Source: Heptranchias perlo (taxonomy: Eukaryota). Taken from it: 64,000 bases of DNA. Shown one piece after another: positions 12,590 through 25,628 of this stretch. Position 1 is the stretch's first letter, and each line of letters starts with the position of its first letter. The stretch spans positions 8,618,001 through 8,682,000 of the forward strand of contig NC_090365.1 in the NCBI RefSeq assembly GCF_035084215.1, in the 5' to 3' direction. The position numbers and the translations under genes are program-made. The notes under the pieces were generated by a model, which had not been told where the DNA came from, did not search any database, and saw only the letters and a program-made list of their open reading frames with translations.

Positions 12590-12950
12590 GAACTTTCATT
12601 TGTATAGCACCGTATGCCCACAGGACATCCCAAAGTGCTGCACAGCTAATGAAGTACAGTCCTTGTTGTTATGTGAGCAAATGTGGCCATTTTGTGCACA
12701 GGTTCCCACAAACAGGAAATGAGATGAGTGACCAGTTGATCTATTTTTGGTGGTATTGATTGGGGAGGAATGTTGGCCCGGGACACCGGGAGAATTCCCT
12801 GCTCTTTGAAAGTACTGCCGATCTTTTTGCATCCACTTCAACAGGCAGAGAGGCCTTGGTTTAACACCTGACAGTGTAGCACTCCCTCAGTGTCGCACTG
12901 GAGTGTCAGCCTGGATTATGCTCGTGCCCTGGAGCAGGGCCTTGAACCAA
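12590..12950 (-). mobile_element. DeuSINE-like SINE, degenerate
   Basis: Shared body motifs in reverse orientation. Confidence 0.7.
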
Positions 12951-13044
12951 CGACCATACCAACTCTAACTGAATATGTAGTTGCATAGCCAAATCGAGTA
13001 GGCTCGAAATCCATGATCAGCGTTAAAGTTAGTAGGAAGGATTC

Positions 13045-13670
13045 AGGTAGTTGGGTTTAGTTTCTTTGGCAATTAGGTGACCTAATTGAGGTTTTCAGGA
13101 TTATGAACGGACTTGATAAAACCGGTCCTTGGAAACGATTCAGTGTAGTGAAGGGTTCAAATCCCGATGGGTACAAGTTAAACATGAGGGAGTGAAGAGT
13201 ATAAGGGACATTAGTCGGAAGTTTCTCAATGGGGATAAATTGGCAGGAAGGATGTCGAGGACAATATAAGTGGGTTCAACGGAAAACCGAATGTCCTTCT
13301 GGAGCGTGAAGGATGTGATGGGTGCGGTGGGACTTGTTAGGTCTAATGCTCATTCATCGTCCTCCACACACCCTAGGAAAAGGGGAGTCCAGAACAAAGG
13401 GGCATAACCTTAAAATTAGAGCTAGGTCGTTCAGGGGTGATATTGGGAAGCACCTCTTCACACAAAGGGCAGTGGAAATCTGGAACGCTCTCCCTCAAAA
13501 AGCCGTCGAGACTAATTGAGGTTAATTAAATTCAAAACTGAGATACAAATTATTGTTGCGTAAGGGATATGGAACAAAGGCGGGTGAATGGCGTTGAGGT
13601 ACAGACCAGTCATGAGCTAGTTGAATGCTGGAACAGGTTCGAAGGGCTGAATGGCCTCCTCCTGTTCCCA
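13045..13670 (+). mobile_element. Two adjacent CR1 3' fragments
   Basis: RGDLIEV-like and KGESRTKGHNLKI...WNALP remnants; GGGCTGAATGGCCTCCTCCTG tail. Confidence 0.65.
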
Positions 13671-13839
13671 TGAGTCCCCCAAGGAACTATCCTTGAGCCC
13701 CGCCCCCCCCCCCCCCAAACCATATACTAGCTGCCCCCTGGCGGCAGCATTTGAAGACGTGGGTCAGCTTCCACCCAAATGCTGACAGCACCCTGTTCCA
13801 CCTTTCCACCACCTCTCTTCGTCTCCTCCACCGCCTTTG

Positions 13840-14605
13840 ATTGTCAGCCAGCTTGACCGACATCCATTCTCGGATGAACTGCAGTCTCCTCCAGTTAAAC
13901 ACTGGGAAGTCCGAAGCCATTGTCTTCAGCCTGCGCTCCTCACCTTTTCCAGTGATTCCATCCCCCTCCCCTGCCCAGTGTCTCACTGAACCTGACTGTT
14001 CATCGACTGTAACCTCGCCCGCCTGCCTCTGTCCCTGCCTCAGGTCATCTGCTGCTGAAACTCTCATCCATGCCGTTGTCACCTCCAGACTCGACTGTTC
14101 CAACGTTCTCCTGAATGTCCTCCCATCACCCTCCATGAACTTCATCTCGTCCAAAACTCTGCTCCCTGTATCCTATTCCACACCAAGTCCTGTTCGCCCA
14201 TCACCCCGTCCTTGCTGAGCTACATTGGCTCCCGAACCCGCAACACCTTCTATTTAAAATTCTCACCCTTGTGTTTAAATCCCTTCATGGCCTTGCCCCT
14301 TCCTATCTCTGTAACCTCCCCAAGCCCTACAACACCCCCAGAATTCTCTGTTCCTCCAACTCTGGCCTCTTCTGCATCCCCCAGTGGCAGCTATGCCTTC
14401 AGCCGTCTAGGCCCCACGCTCTGGAATTCCCTCCCTGAACCCCTCTGCCTCTGCACCTCCCTCTCCTCCTTTGATCAAGTGACCAAGCTTTTGGTCACCC
14501 CTCCTAATATCTCCTTTGGCTCAGCATCAATTTTTGTCTGTTTACACCTCTGTGAAGCGCCTTGGGACGTTTTTCTGCCTTAAAGGTGCTATGTGCAAGT
14601 TGTTA
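13840..14605 (+). mobile_element. L2 LINE 3' fragment
   Basis: LQLNTGKSEAIVF, ETLIHAVVTSRLDCSN, LWNSLP; tail GTGAAGCGCCTTGGGACG. Confidence 0.85.
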
Positions 14606-16384
14606 TGTTAAACGTCTCTATATTTGGATCTTTGGTAATTTGGGTTTCTTAACACCATCTTCCTCTTCCCCATTCCCTCTGTGGAGCCCTGCTGCCCTGT
14701 TGCTAGATGTAGGTTCTAAAAAAGGCTCTGGGTTTCTGCTGTTAATCTAATTTGCCTGTTAGACACAGGAGCATGGCTCGTATTGGTCCTGTCAATAGAG
14801 TTAAATCAGTCATGCAGTGTGACTTGTGGTTCCCAGACTTGTTCTTCTTTGTAGCCCTCAGTGATAATGGTGTGGATGAGAACCCTACACACAGGTAACG
14901 GTGGATTTTGCATGTCCCCATTAATGGGGCTTGTACGCTGACGACACCCAACTCTATCTCACCGCCGCCTCTCTCGACTTCTCCGCTGCCTCTGTTTCGT
15001 CAGGTCACGTGTCCAACATCCAGTTCTAGATGAGCTGGAATTTGCTCCAATTAAGCATTGAGAAGCCTGAAGCCATTGTCCACCTCTACCTCATCCTCGT
15101 GTTCAAATCCCGCCGTGGCCTCGCTGCTTGTAGGTGTTTAAATTCAATGTGTTTGGGGACAGGGAGCCAGTGTAGGTGAGGGAGGATGGAGGGTGATTAG
15201 CGAACAGGATTCAGTGTGGGGCAGGATTCGGGTGCCTGGGTTTTGGACAAGTTGGAGTTTTTGGAGGACAAGCAGCCAGATGGGATGGTGTTGGAAAATC
15301 AAGTCTCGAGCAGTGTTGGTATGTGGCTAATTGGGAATCCAGATGTGCAAGTATTTTGCTGAATGAATGCGATGGGGCTTACCCTGTAGAAGAGTTGTAA
15401 ACCCAACAGGAAATGGCTTTGCTGAAGGCAGAAATTGTGAATTTAAGGCAAAACTAATAAGAAAGGAAGCCAGGCGTTGAGATGAAACAATATATGCACA
15501 GATTACTGAGTAACCGGGTGTAATGATGATGTGAGCCGGTTATCGCCAGGTAAACCCTTCAGTGTGTGGTGTTGTCCAGCTGTTTCACCGATAGCACATT
15601 TGAAAACTCGGATCCCGATGAAAGCTCCACGTCCCAGATCCTCACCGACCGGCCGTGTTTCTCCAGTGTTTTTGATTTCGAGTTGTACTGTTTATCCTTC
15701 TATCCCTACATTCTGGGATCCCTGCACAGAATCTGTTTGCATAACTCCTTAGTAGAATTCTTTGCACGGGATATTGCCCTAACACTGAGTAGTAGTGACC
15801 CAGCCAGTGTGGTGCAGACTGCTGCACAGGGGGATGAGGAGGAAGCTGTGTCCCCCTAACTCAATGATTTAGCTGACTCCACTGCTTCCTCTCCCTCGGC
15901 TTATTTTGAGTAATTGTTCTGTGTAAACAGTTCTGGGACACACGTGACTCCATGTGGTGTACCTTTCTGTTTTTCTTGTGGGTTATTTACCGGACTTGGT
16001 GTCGGGCCTTTTAGAAGAAATCTGCACAAACATCTAACCAGCCGCGTGCTATTCTATTCTTTTCTTAGAATTGATTGTGTTTTTTTTTTCTCTCCCCTTG
16101 TTCTTTGCCAACTTTCCCTCCTGAGGGCACCCATTCTGGCTCTGGTGCAGTTCTACAAGTACCAGTGCTGCTCCAGTACCGCACCCTGAGTGGCTGCTCC
16201 TCGTCATGTCTAGACAGTGGGTATTGGCAAGCTCTATGACCATGAAGAGCCTCTCTGCTGACTCCGATTGTGTCCTCACCTGATCTCTACCTACACGGTG
16301 TACACTTTCCAGCAAGGAAGGGTCAGTGCTTAATGATCAGGGCTGAGGCCCATTCCATGGAGGGTTTTACCCACCCTCCTCTCG

Positions 16385-16830
16385 GGTGTCAGCTGTGGCT
16401 CAGCGGGTAGCACTCGCGCCTTTGAGTCACTAGGTCGCGGCTTCAAGTCCCACTCCAGAGACTTGAGTACGTAATCCAGGCTGACACTCCCAGTGCCAGT
16501 ACTGAGGGAGTGCTGCACTGTTGAAGATGCTCTCTTTCAGATGAGATGTTGAACCGAGGCCCTGTCTGCCCCCTCAGGTGGACATAAAAGATCAAGGGGG
16601 TTCTCCCCGGTGTCCCGGCCAATATTTGTCCTTCAACTAACATCACTAAAGCAGATTATCTGGTCATTATCTCATTGCTGTTTGTGGGACCTTGCTGTGT
16701 GCAAATAGGCTGCTGCATTTCCTATATTACAACAGTGACTACACTTCAAAAGTACTTTTTTGTATGTAAAGCGCTTTTGGACGTCCTGAGGTCGTGAAAG
16801 ACTCTGTATAAATGAAAGGCTGGCTTTCTT
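16385..16830 (+). mobile_element. DeuSINE-like SINE, near full length
   Basis: A/B-box-like head GTGGCTCAGCGG...TTCAAGTCC, body and tail. Confidence 0.85.
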
Positions 16831-17039
16831 TCAAGTCATCAGGAGAGCCTAGACTGTTTGGACTCTGTTGAGCTGAAAATCTTTTTGCTAAGAGTGTAGG
16901 AAGGTTTGCATCTGAGCATCGACTGCAGCCCACCGGCTGGCTGCTTTCCTTGAAGTGCAGTTGAAAGAATCGAGCACCATAAATATAAAACTTAACATAA
17001 TTCATCCTGAGCTCCCTCTATAGTGGGTAGGGGCCTCGC

Positions 17040-17430
17040 CTGTTGTGGTACAAAGTGAGGCATGCCGGAAGTCCCAACTTCAGTCTCTAGTCTATGCAGA
17101 GGTTAGGCTGGCTGATCTCAACAACAATGATCGGGATGCTACAATTTGGTCTCAGTATTTTTGCCATCCTTCCCTCTTTTCCACCGCCCCCGCCCCCCCC
17201 AAAAAAAAATGGCTTGGAAGAAAAAGGATCAACCAAGGTTCCTGCTTCTAATTGCTGTCAAATTGGGTGCTTGTCTGGGTGCTCGGTGAGGACGTAATTG
17301 GGTTTGCTGCGATGCCCCACACAGTCGAATAGTCTTGGCATTCACTTGTCATCTTCGCACATGGGCAGGTAGTGTCAGGTCGCTGGCATCCCTAGAGCTG
17401 TACCTCTGCAGGAATCTGTGCCTTCAGATG
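17040..17430 (+). mobile_element. Old unclassified SINE-like repeat (related copies ~16050-16330, 19990-20310, 23380-23700, 36100-36300, 51430-51610, 60480-60800)
   Basis: Recurring motifs GATGCCCCACACAGTCGAATAG, CAGGGTTCCTGC and CACTTTCCAGCAGG in both orientations. Confidence 0.5.
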
Positions 17431-17780
17431 AAAATTGGAGGAATGAGTTTGTCCCAGACTTGTAAAATGATTTTTCTTCTTGTTCTTTAGGTTCGTCTGC
17501 ATCACCCAGTAGCCCGTGCCCGTCCCCGCCCCCCCCCCCCCCCTCCACCACTACCCCTCAACAGAAAGGTCGGCGAATGCTCCTGAACTGGGTCCCTAGG
17601 AGGTAGGTGAGCACTCCCTCTCTTATTATTCCTTCTCCCAGTGGACTTGTTCAAGCCAGGCAACCAATCCTCTGTGTCACCCTCAGGATGTGTCTACATG
17701 CCCCACAACAAGGACTTCATCTGGGCTAGTTTTGTACCCAGAATGTGGATATGGATGAAGCCCATGTTATCACTCCTACA

Positions 17781-17785
<5 letters not shown>

Positions 17786-17817
<32 letters not shown>
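17786..17817. repeat. (CT)n microsatellite
   Basis: About 16 CT units. Confidence 0.95.
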
Positions 17818-17821
<4 letters not shown>

Positions 17822-18584
17822 CCCTGCCCCCAATCACCACATCCACATATTAATTCCAGTAGCGACCAATATAAACATCCCATTTTTGGTGAGACCAACT
17901 CAGTGTCAGCTCACCGTTTTATGCCGTGGGCTTAAGCCCAGTAGGAGCCGGTGCCTCGTTACCGAGCTGCTCTTCGTCCCCTGTGCCCGAGCAGCACTCA
18001 ATCCCCATCTCCTAGAGGTGAACGGACTATGGGCTTATTGACTCGTGTTGCCTCCCCATTTTGTGCTAGCTTCTTGAACTTGCGGGGATGAAAAGGTTAC
18101 CTACCCTGAGAGCTTCATCTCTGGGGGAGGGGAGTGGGGACTTGAAGGAATTGTTACGGTTTTAACGGATATGGAGAACTTGGGGCACAGGATTTTAGAA
18201 CAAGGGGACACAGGGATATTAGTCCCAGGATCATGGTAAAGGGAACTGATGGGAGGTTTGAAGGGTAAGTTAGTGGGGCCAATGGACTTCTCCTATCCAA
18301 AACACAATTACATTGCTTATTAACCTGGGCCTTCAGGAGCTCTTGGGAAGGAATCTGAGCAAAGTTTGTTTGTGCCTCGTTAGCTGTGGTGTGATTTTTT
18401 TTTTTCTGTGGCGTGAAGCTTGCGTCGTGGTGTCTGGAGGAGAGGGGAATATTGGATCTGACGCACCAGCTGCAAGAGTTTCTCTGTCACGTCTACGTCA
18501 TCTCTGAATAGATGTTATTTTGGGCAACCAGGAGGAAGGGCTAAGGTTGTCAGTTCCAGGTGACCAACAAGATTGAAAAAAGAG

Positions 18585-18995
18585 AGAAGATTTGCATTTA
18601 TATAGCGCCTTTCACGACCTCAGGACGTTCCAAAACACTTTACAGATAATGAAGTATTTTTGAAATGTAGTCACTGTTATATAGGAAACGCGGCAGCCAA
18701 TTTGTGCACAGCAATGAGATAATGATCAGATAATTTGTTTTTAGTGATGTTGGTTGAGGGATAAATATTGGCCCAGGACATCAGGGAGAACTCCCCTGCT
18801 CTTTGAAATAGTGTCCTTGGATTTGCTACATCCACCTGGATCTCAGTTTGAAGTTTCATCCGAAAGACGGCACCTCGGACGGTGCAGCACTCCCCCAGTG
18901 CTGCACTGGAGTGTCGGCCTGGATCGTGTGCTCAAATCTCTGGAGTGGGATTTGAACCCGAGAGGCGAGCATGCTACCCGCCAAGCCACGGCTAA
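18585..18995 (-). mobile_element. DeuSINE-like SINE
   Basis: Reverse-orientation tail, body and head. Confidence 0.8.
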
Positions 18996-20689
18996 CGCTA
19001 GTAACGATTAGATGGCACCATGCTTGGGTTGTAAAAGCTGAAATACAGGAGGATGGGAAAACTGAGGGCAGTAAGCGGCTCCTCAGTTTTGAGGTCCCCC
19101 CAATGTATGACTGGGAATAGGTGTGATGGCTCCACACAGTGAGGATGAAGTTCAGCCGTTCCCACTGCAGAATGCATCCAGTGCTGGTGTCCATCAGCTG
19201 ATTTTGAAAGCTATAAGGTTGCACCGAATTGTTGTTTAACAATTATGGGCCAGTAGGAATTGTGTTCCTTGCCCAGAGACCTCATTGATCACTTAATGTC
19301 GTACTGCATTTTTGATGTTATAGTTGTCTTTAGTTTCTGCCAAAGTACAGATCCTGGAATGTATTGGCGGGTACTACTCATTGCTAGTTTGGCACATCTA
19401 GATTTAATTTTCTTGTGTGTGAGCACATATTACTATAAGTCTTGTCTATGCAAGCACTTCCTGTTCAACTTCGTCACTGTTTTTGGTCACACTTTTATGT
19501 AAACATTTATGAGAATTTCCAATGTAAACATTTACCTGTCAGTGTGTAGTTGCAGGCCTCCCACCACTGATGGTGCTCCCATTCCTGCCACCAGCTCCCC
19601 ATCTCCTTGGCCCACTGTACCTGCTCCTCTCTAACCGATTTCGACCCTTACACAGAGGACGGTATGAATATGGAATTCTCTTCTGCAAACTGTTGTTGAA
19701 GCAGAGTCCACAGATTCTTTTCAAAGGGAATTGGATAGACACTTGGGGGGAGAGGGGGAGGTGTGGGAAGGAATATTGAGGGGTATGGGGAACAAGCAGG
19801 AATAGGGGATTAGACTAGGTGGTTCTTGGAGAAATATCTTGGTACAGAATTGAGGGGCCAAATGGCCATTCTGTGTTGGAACATTCTCTGATTTTGCACT
19901 GCCGGCGCTTGCAATGTGTTGGACTATTGTAAGATGGCGTGATGTGCTTGTTTCATCTTGATTGTTATCAAGAGGGGAGAAATAATGATCCTTGATATCA
20001 CTCCGATGTGATGGGGGTAGTCAGCAAGAGCAGTGGGGCTTGGATGTAAACAATGTCGGAGGTGGTCTGTTTTAAGGATCTTTGGAAGGACTTTGTCTCC
20101 CCTCTTCCTGGCACTTTTCTCCCCGCCCCCCACCTCTCCCGAAAGTGCCAGCTCCTTCTTGGGCGTACACCTCAATGAGCAGTTTTTCTCAGTACCTTTC
20201 CCGAATGGCCATTCAATGTGCGAGCCATGGCATTGAACACGGCAGGCATTTTGATCGTGGGAGGCATCACACCCAAGCCCGATCCTGCCCAACGTCCACA
20301 CGCTCGCTCAGATAGATGGGGAATGCTTGAGAATGGCGTGGATGTGAAATAGAGAATCAGTCCTGGGAGCCCTTCCTGAGGAAGTTCACTTCTGTGAAGA
20401 AGTGGCCACAGGAAAGTATCTCAAACATGCGGTCAGCTTACCTAGTTCTGAATTTTTCAAAGTGTTCAGGCACTTCCTTGGCTAGTAGCAGAGTAACTTC
20501 ACACAATACCAAGTAAACCTCCAAAGTCGTGCTGCTGATTTGATATTTTACGGGCTTGCTTTTGGTACATGTCGAATCGTAGAATGACGCAGCACAGAAG
20601 GAGGCCACTCGGCCCATTGTGCCTGTGCCGTGGTTAAACAATGAACATTTTTTTTTATTCTTGGGATGTGGGCAACACTGACAAGGCAA

Positions 20690-21895
20690 CAACAATTTGC
20701 ATTTATGTAGCGCCATAAACGTGGAAAAACTGTGTGCCGGCACAGGCACGATGGGCCAAATGGCCTCCTTCTGTGCTGCAAGATTCTTTTTTTAAAAAAA
20801 GTCCGCCAAGGTGCTTCACAGAAGTGTAAATTGACAAAAACTGACGAGCCAAAGAAGGAGATATTAGGAGGGGTGATTAAAAGTTTAGTCAATGGAGTGG
20901 GTTTTAAGGAGGGTCCAAAAGGAGGAGAGGCAGGTGGAGAAGTTTAGAGAGAGAATTCAGTGTGAATGGCTGATGGCCATGATGGAATTTAAACACAAGG
21001 ATGAGAACTTTAAATTGGAGGCATTAGGGAACCAGAGCCAGTGTAGGTCGACAAGCACAAGGGTGAAGGGTTAGCGGAACTTATTGTGGTGAAGGATATG
21101 GACAGAGTTTTGGATCAACTGAAGTTTATGGCGGGTTGGAGGATGGGAGACTGGCCAGGACAGCATTGGAATAGTTCAGTCTGGAGGTGACAAATGGATG
21201 AGGGTTTCAGCAACAGATGGGCTGACCAAGTTCCAAGGCCGGGGATTACAGAGGTGGAAGTAGGCGGTCTTTGTGATGGACAGGATATGAGAAGCTCAGC
21301 TTGGGGTTGAGTAGGACACCAAGGTTGCGAACAGTCTGGTTCAACCTGAGACAGTGGCGAGGGTACAGAATTTGTGATGGGAGCAGAAGATGATGGCTTC
21401 AGTCTTCCCAATGTTTAACAGGAGGCAATTGCAGCTCGTCAAGGACTGAATGCTAGGCAAGCAATCTGACAACAGAGGCAAAGGAAGGTTGGTGAGAGGT
21501 GGCGGAGAGATAGAACTGGGTGTCATCTGTGTGCGTGTGGAATCTGACATCTTCACATGATGTCGCCAAGTTTCAGCATGTATATGAGTAAGAGGAGAGG
21601 GTCAAGAACAGATGGGGGACTCCAGAGGTAACTACGTAGGGGCAGGAAGAGAAGCCATTGCTGGGGATGTTCTGGCTGCAATTGGATAGGTAAGAGTGGA
21701 ACCAAGCGAAGGCAGTTTCACTGAGCTGGATGATGGAGAGGCTTTGGAGAAGGATGGTGTGGGCGACCGTGACCAAGCTTAAGACAGGTTGAGAAGGAGA
21801 GGGGGGATAGTTCACCACAGTCACAGAGGATGTCACTTGTGACTTTGAGGGCTGTTTCAGTGCTGTGGTAGGGACGGAAACCTGATTGGAGAGGT
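20690..21895 (-). mobile_element. L2 LINE 3' portion, decayed
   Basis: Minus-strand QSGFRPYHSTETAL, TSGVP and LNIGKTEAIIF. Confidence 0.85.
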
Positions 21896-21909
21896 TCTGA
21901 CGTGGAGAT

Positions 21910-22990
21910 ATGGTCTTTATTAATGACCTGGCCAGTGGTGTTGGGAGTATGATAAGTAAGTTTGCAGGTGACACCAAAATCTACCCAAGGGTTAAGACGG
22001 TTGAGGAGTGCAATCAAATCCAAAAAGATTTAGATGTGCTAGGGGAGTGGGCTACACATTGGCAAATGGCGTTTTATTTAGATAACTGTAGTGTCATGCA
22101 CGTTGGTAGGGCCAACACAGAACACACTTATCATTTGCAGGGAACAATACTGAAAGGTTGAGTGACAAAGATCCTGGTGTTATTGTGCACAGTTCACTAA
22201 AGGTTCATGACCAATGTATTGGGTCGTATTAATATAACCATTCAAAGGGCACCATTTTGACAATACAGATCACTGGTCAGACCGCATCTGGAATATTGTG
22301 CCCAATTTTGGTCTCCCCACATGGTGGGTGATATAGCGGCTTTGGTAAAGGTCCAGTGGAGAGCTACAAGAATGATTCCTCGCTGAAAGAACCTCAGCCA
22401 CTCGTAGGCTCAAGGACCTTGATCTATTTACTTCAGAGCAGCGTCGACTTAGAGGTGACCTGATAGAGGTCTATAAAATAATTGGAGGGCTGGATAGCGT
22501 CCCTATTGATAGATTATTCCAGTTTAACAAATTGGGGAGGACCAGGGGACACGAGTTTAAACTATGGAAGAGTAGGAATAGACTGGGTGTTAGACGGTGG
22601 TTCTTTTCCCAGAGAGCAGTGAGTCTCTGGAATACATTGCAGGCTGGTGTGATGGGCGCTGATTCTCTGCCTTCAAGAGGGAGCTGGACCAGTTACTGAC
22701 TGGGGCAGAGAATGCATCATATAGAAAGTAAGTGTCTTTATAGATAACACTTGGTCCATGTGATCTCCTGGACTAGTTTTGTTTGCCTGAGGGGGTCGGA
22801 GAGGAGTTTGAGTATTTTTTTCCCTTATTGGCCCTGGGTTTTTTCTGTTTTTTTGCCGCTGCCAGGAGATTTCATGGCTTGGAGGAAGGAGGTTAGGGGA
22901 GGGAAGAAGTGTTTAGCCACGATGCGCCGACCATCATGATATGGGCCAGGCTTGATGGACCAGCTGGTCTTTTCCTACCCGTCAATTTCA
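21910..22990 (+). mobile_element. CR1 LINE 3' fragment
   Basis: FINDL...SKFAGDTK...WQMAF, LEYCAQFWSP and RGDLIEVYKI remnants plus 3' UTR. Confidence 0.85.
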
Positions 22991-23903
22991 TACATGGGCA
23001 TGGGAGGCGACAGAATGTTCATTGACTTTGGAGGGCAAAATTCATTGCCCTGGGGAGGGGGGGAATTAAGAATCTATGTGATGTTGGACTAGTCATGTGC
23101 GGCCCAGGGCAGGTAGGGATGGCAGATTGCCTTCCCTGAAGGCCATTAATGATGCAGTTTGGTTTTTCCAACAATCTGGCACATTGTGTATGCACGCATT
23201 AATCTCTGTGCACACTTTCACCCCGTGTTTCCTGAAGGTGATACCTTTGTATTTGGTGCCTTACACTTGTGATATCACATCCTCGGTTTCCGCTATCGAC
23301 AGATGCCTCTCCTAGCAACTATACTATTATTGGCACAAAGCCCAGACATGTGGGGTGGTTCTGCCGGGGCGGGGTGAGGGGGGGGGTTGGTGGCGGCGTT
23401 GGTGAGGTGAGGCAAGGTTCTGCAGGGGTGGGGAGGTGGGGCCCGCGAGGGCATCATGGTCAATACAATCATGTCCTGAACTGATTATGTTACGTGCACT
23501 TTCCAGCAGGAATCTCTGGATAGGGAGTCGGAATCCTGGCTGATTATATTTTTGGCCCTCGCTAGCCCATGGGTGTTGAGGCCAAATGAAGCCCTTATTG
23601 GACCCCAGGTTTTCAGCAAACCTGGTAGAGACTCAATGAAAGCTGGAATATTCTGGCCTGCATGACTCGGCTGTGTTCCATTGTAGAAGCTGTAGCATTA
23701 TTGATCTGAACTGACCGCTCAGTCAGATGAGTGTCGTAGTTGCGTGGAGCTAACCTCAATCCCAGGTCATAGACGTCCTAGCCCTGTTTCATTGTATGTA
23801 GAGGCTGGCTGAATGAGGAAGCAAGTTCAATTGGCTACCTTGGTTACGCTCTTCCTTATTCTTTGGTTGGAGTTCAGCCTCCATTAAAGCGCGCGCGCGC
23901 TCT

Positions 23904-24118
23904 NNNNNNNNNNNNNNNNNNNNNNNNNNNNNNNNNNNNNNNNNNNNNNNNNNNNNNNNNNNNNNNNNNNNNNNNNNNNNNNNNNNNNNNNNNNNNNNNN
24001 NNNNNNNNNNNNNNNNNNNNNNNNNNNNNNNNNNNNNNNNNNNNNNNNNNNNNNNNNNNNNNNNNNNNNNNNNNNNNNNNNNNNNNNNNNNNNNNNNNNN
24101 NNNNNNNNNNNNNNNNNN
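23904..24118. other. Assembly gap or masked run (215 N)
   Basis: Run of N directly after (GC)6-TCT. Confidence 0.98.
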
Positions 24119-24589
24119 TGCTACTTCCTTGTTTTCGGGGTTTGCTGACATACAGTTCTGAAGGCATAAAGGTCCAGGGAAGAGCAAATAACAGGCTATC
24201 ACTTGGTTTGGCACCAAATTCTTAAAGGGGCATGTCATTTCCCAATATTTGACAGCCTATTTATTTGTATGTGGAGATTAAATAGCATTCAAACAATATG
24301 ACCTTGGGCAACCCTCTGCTAATAATAGATGCGTAGAGTTTGCTGGTCCCGTTAAGAGTATGAAGGAAACATTTTCCACCAAAAGGTGATAGTGTGTGGA
24401 GTAAGTTATCAGGGAAGGACCTGGAAGTAGACATACGATGAGCTTCTGGAGAGGGAAGGGATTGAGGACCATGGTGAGAGGTGTGAGTTGGTCAACGACA
24501 AAGGGATGAGATTGTTGGGCCTATTGAATGTTTCCTATTTCTAGTACATCCTTGAGTTCTTAATTCCATATTTTATCTTTGACTAGGGT

Positions 24590-25628
24590 AGAATCATAGA
24601 ATAGTTATAGTACGGAAGGAGGCCATTCGGCCCATCGAGTCCGTGCCGGCTCTCCAAGAGCATTCCAGCCAGTCCCACTCCCCTGCCCTATCCCCGTAGC
24701 CCTTCAAATTTTTTTCCTTCAAGTACTTATCCAATTCCCTTTTGAAAGCCACGATTGAATCTGCCTCCTCCTCTGGCAGTGCATTCCAGATCATAGAACC
24801 ATAGAAAGGATACAGCACAGAAGGGGGCCATTCGGCCCGTCGTGTCTGCGCCGGCTCGAAGAACAACCAGGTGCCCATTCTAATCCCACCTTCCAGCACC
24901 CGGTCTGTAGCTCTGCAGATTACAGCACTTTAGGTGCAGGTCCAGGTACTTTTTAAAAGAGTTGAGGGTCCCTGCCTCTACCACCAATTCAGGCAGCGAA
25001 TTCCATACACCCACCACCCCCTGGGTTAAAAAAGTATTTCCTCATGTCCCCTCTAATCCTTCCGCCAATCAGCTTAAGTCTATGTCTTCTAGTTCTTGAA
25101 CTCTACGCTAGGGGAAACAGGTACTTCCTGTCTACTCTATCTGGGCCCCTCATAATTTTGTACACTTCAATCAAGTCTCCCCTCAGCCTCCTCAGCTCCA
25201 AGGAAAACAACCCCAGCCTAACCAATCTCTCCTCGTAGCTCCAATTTTCAAGCCCTGGCAACATTCTTGTAAATCTTCTCTGCACTCTCTCCAGAGCAAT
25301 TTCGTCCTTCCTGTAATGTGGTGACCAGAACTGCACACAAAACTCCAGCTGTGGCCTTACCAGCGTTTTATACAGTTCCATCATTACATTCCTGCTTTTG
25401 TATTCTATACCTTGGCTAATAATACTCAGTGTTTTTTTAAAAAAAAGATTTCCTCATGTCACCTTTGTTTTTTTGCCAATCGCCTTAAATCTATGTCCTC
25501 TGGTTCTTGACCCTTCTGCCAATGGGAACAGTTTCTCTCTATCTACTCTGACTAGACCCTTCATGATTTTGAATACCTCTATCAAATCTCCTCTCAACCA
25601 TCTCTGCTCTAAGGAGAACCACCCCAGC
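24590..25628 (-). mobile_element. Nested CR1-in-CR1 (inner copy ~24795-25420)
   Basis: Outer CR1 3' end breaks at GCATTCCAGATCATA; a second CR1 tail and LEFCVQFWSP ORF follow; the outer copy resumes near 25420. Confidence 0.8.

Noticed and set aside
23789-24238. ORFs spanning the N run
   Set aside because: Artefacts of translating Ns
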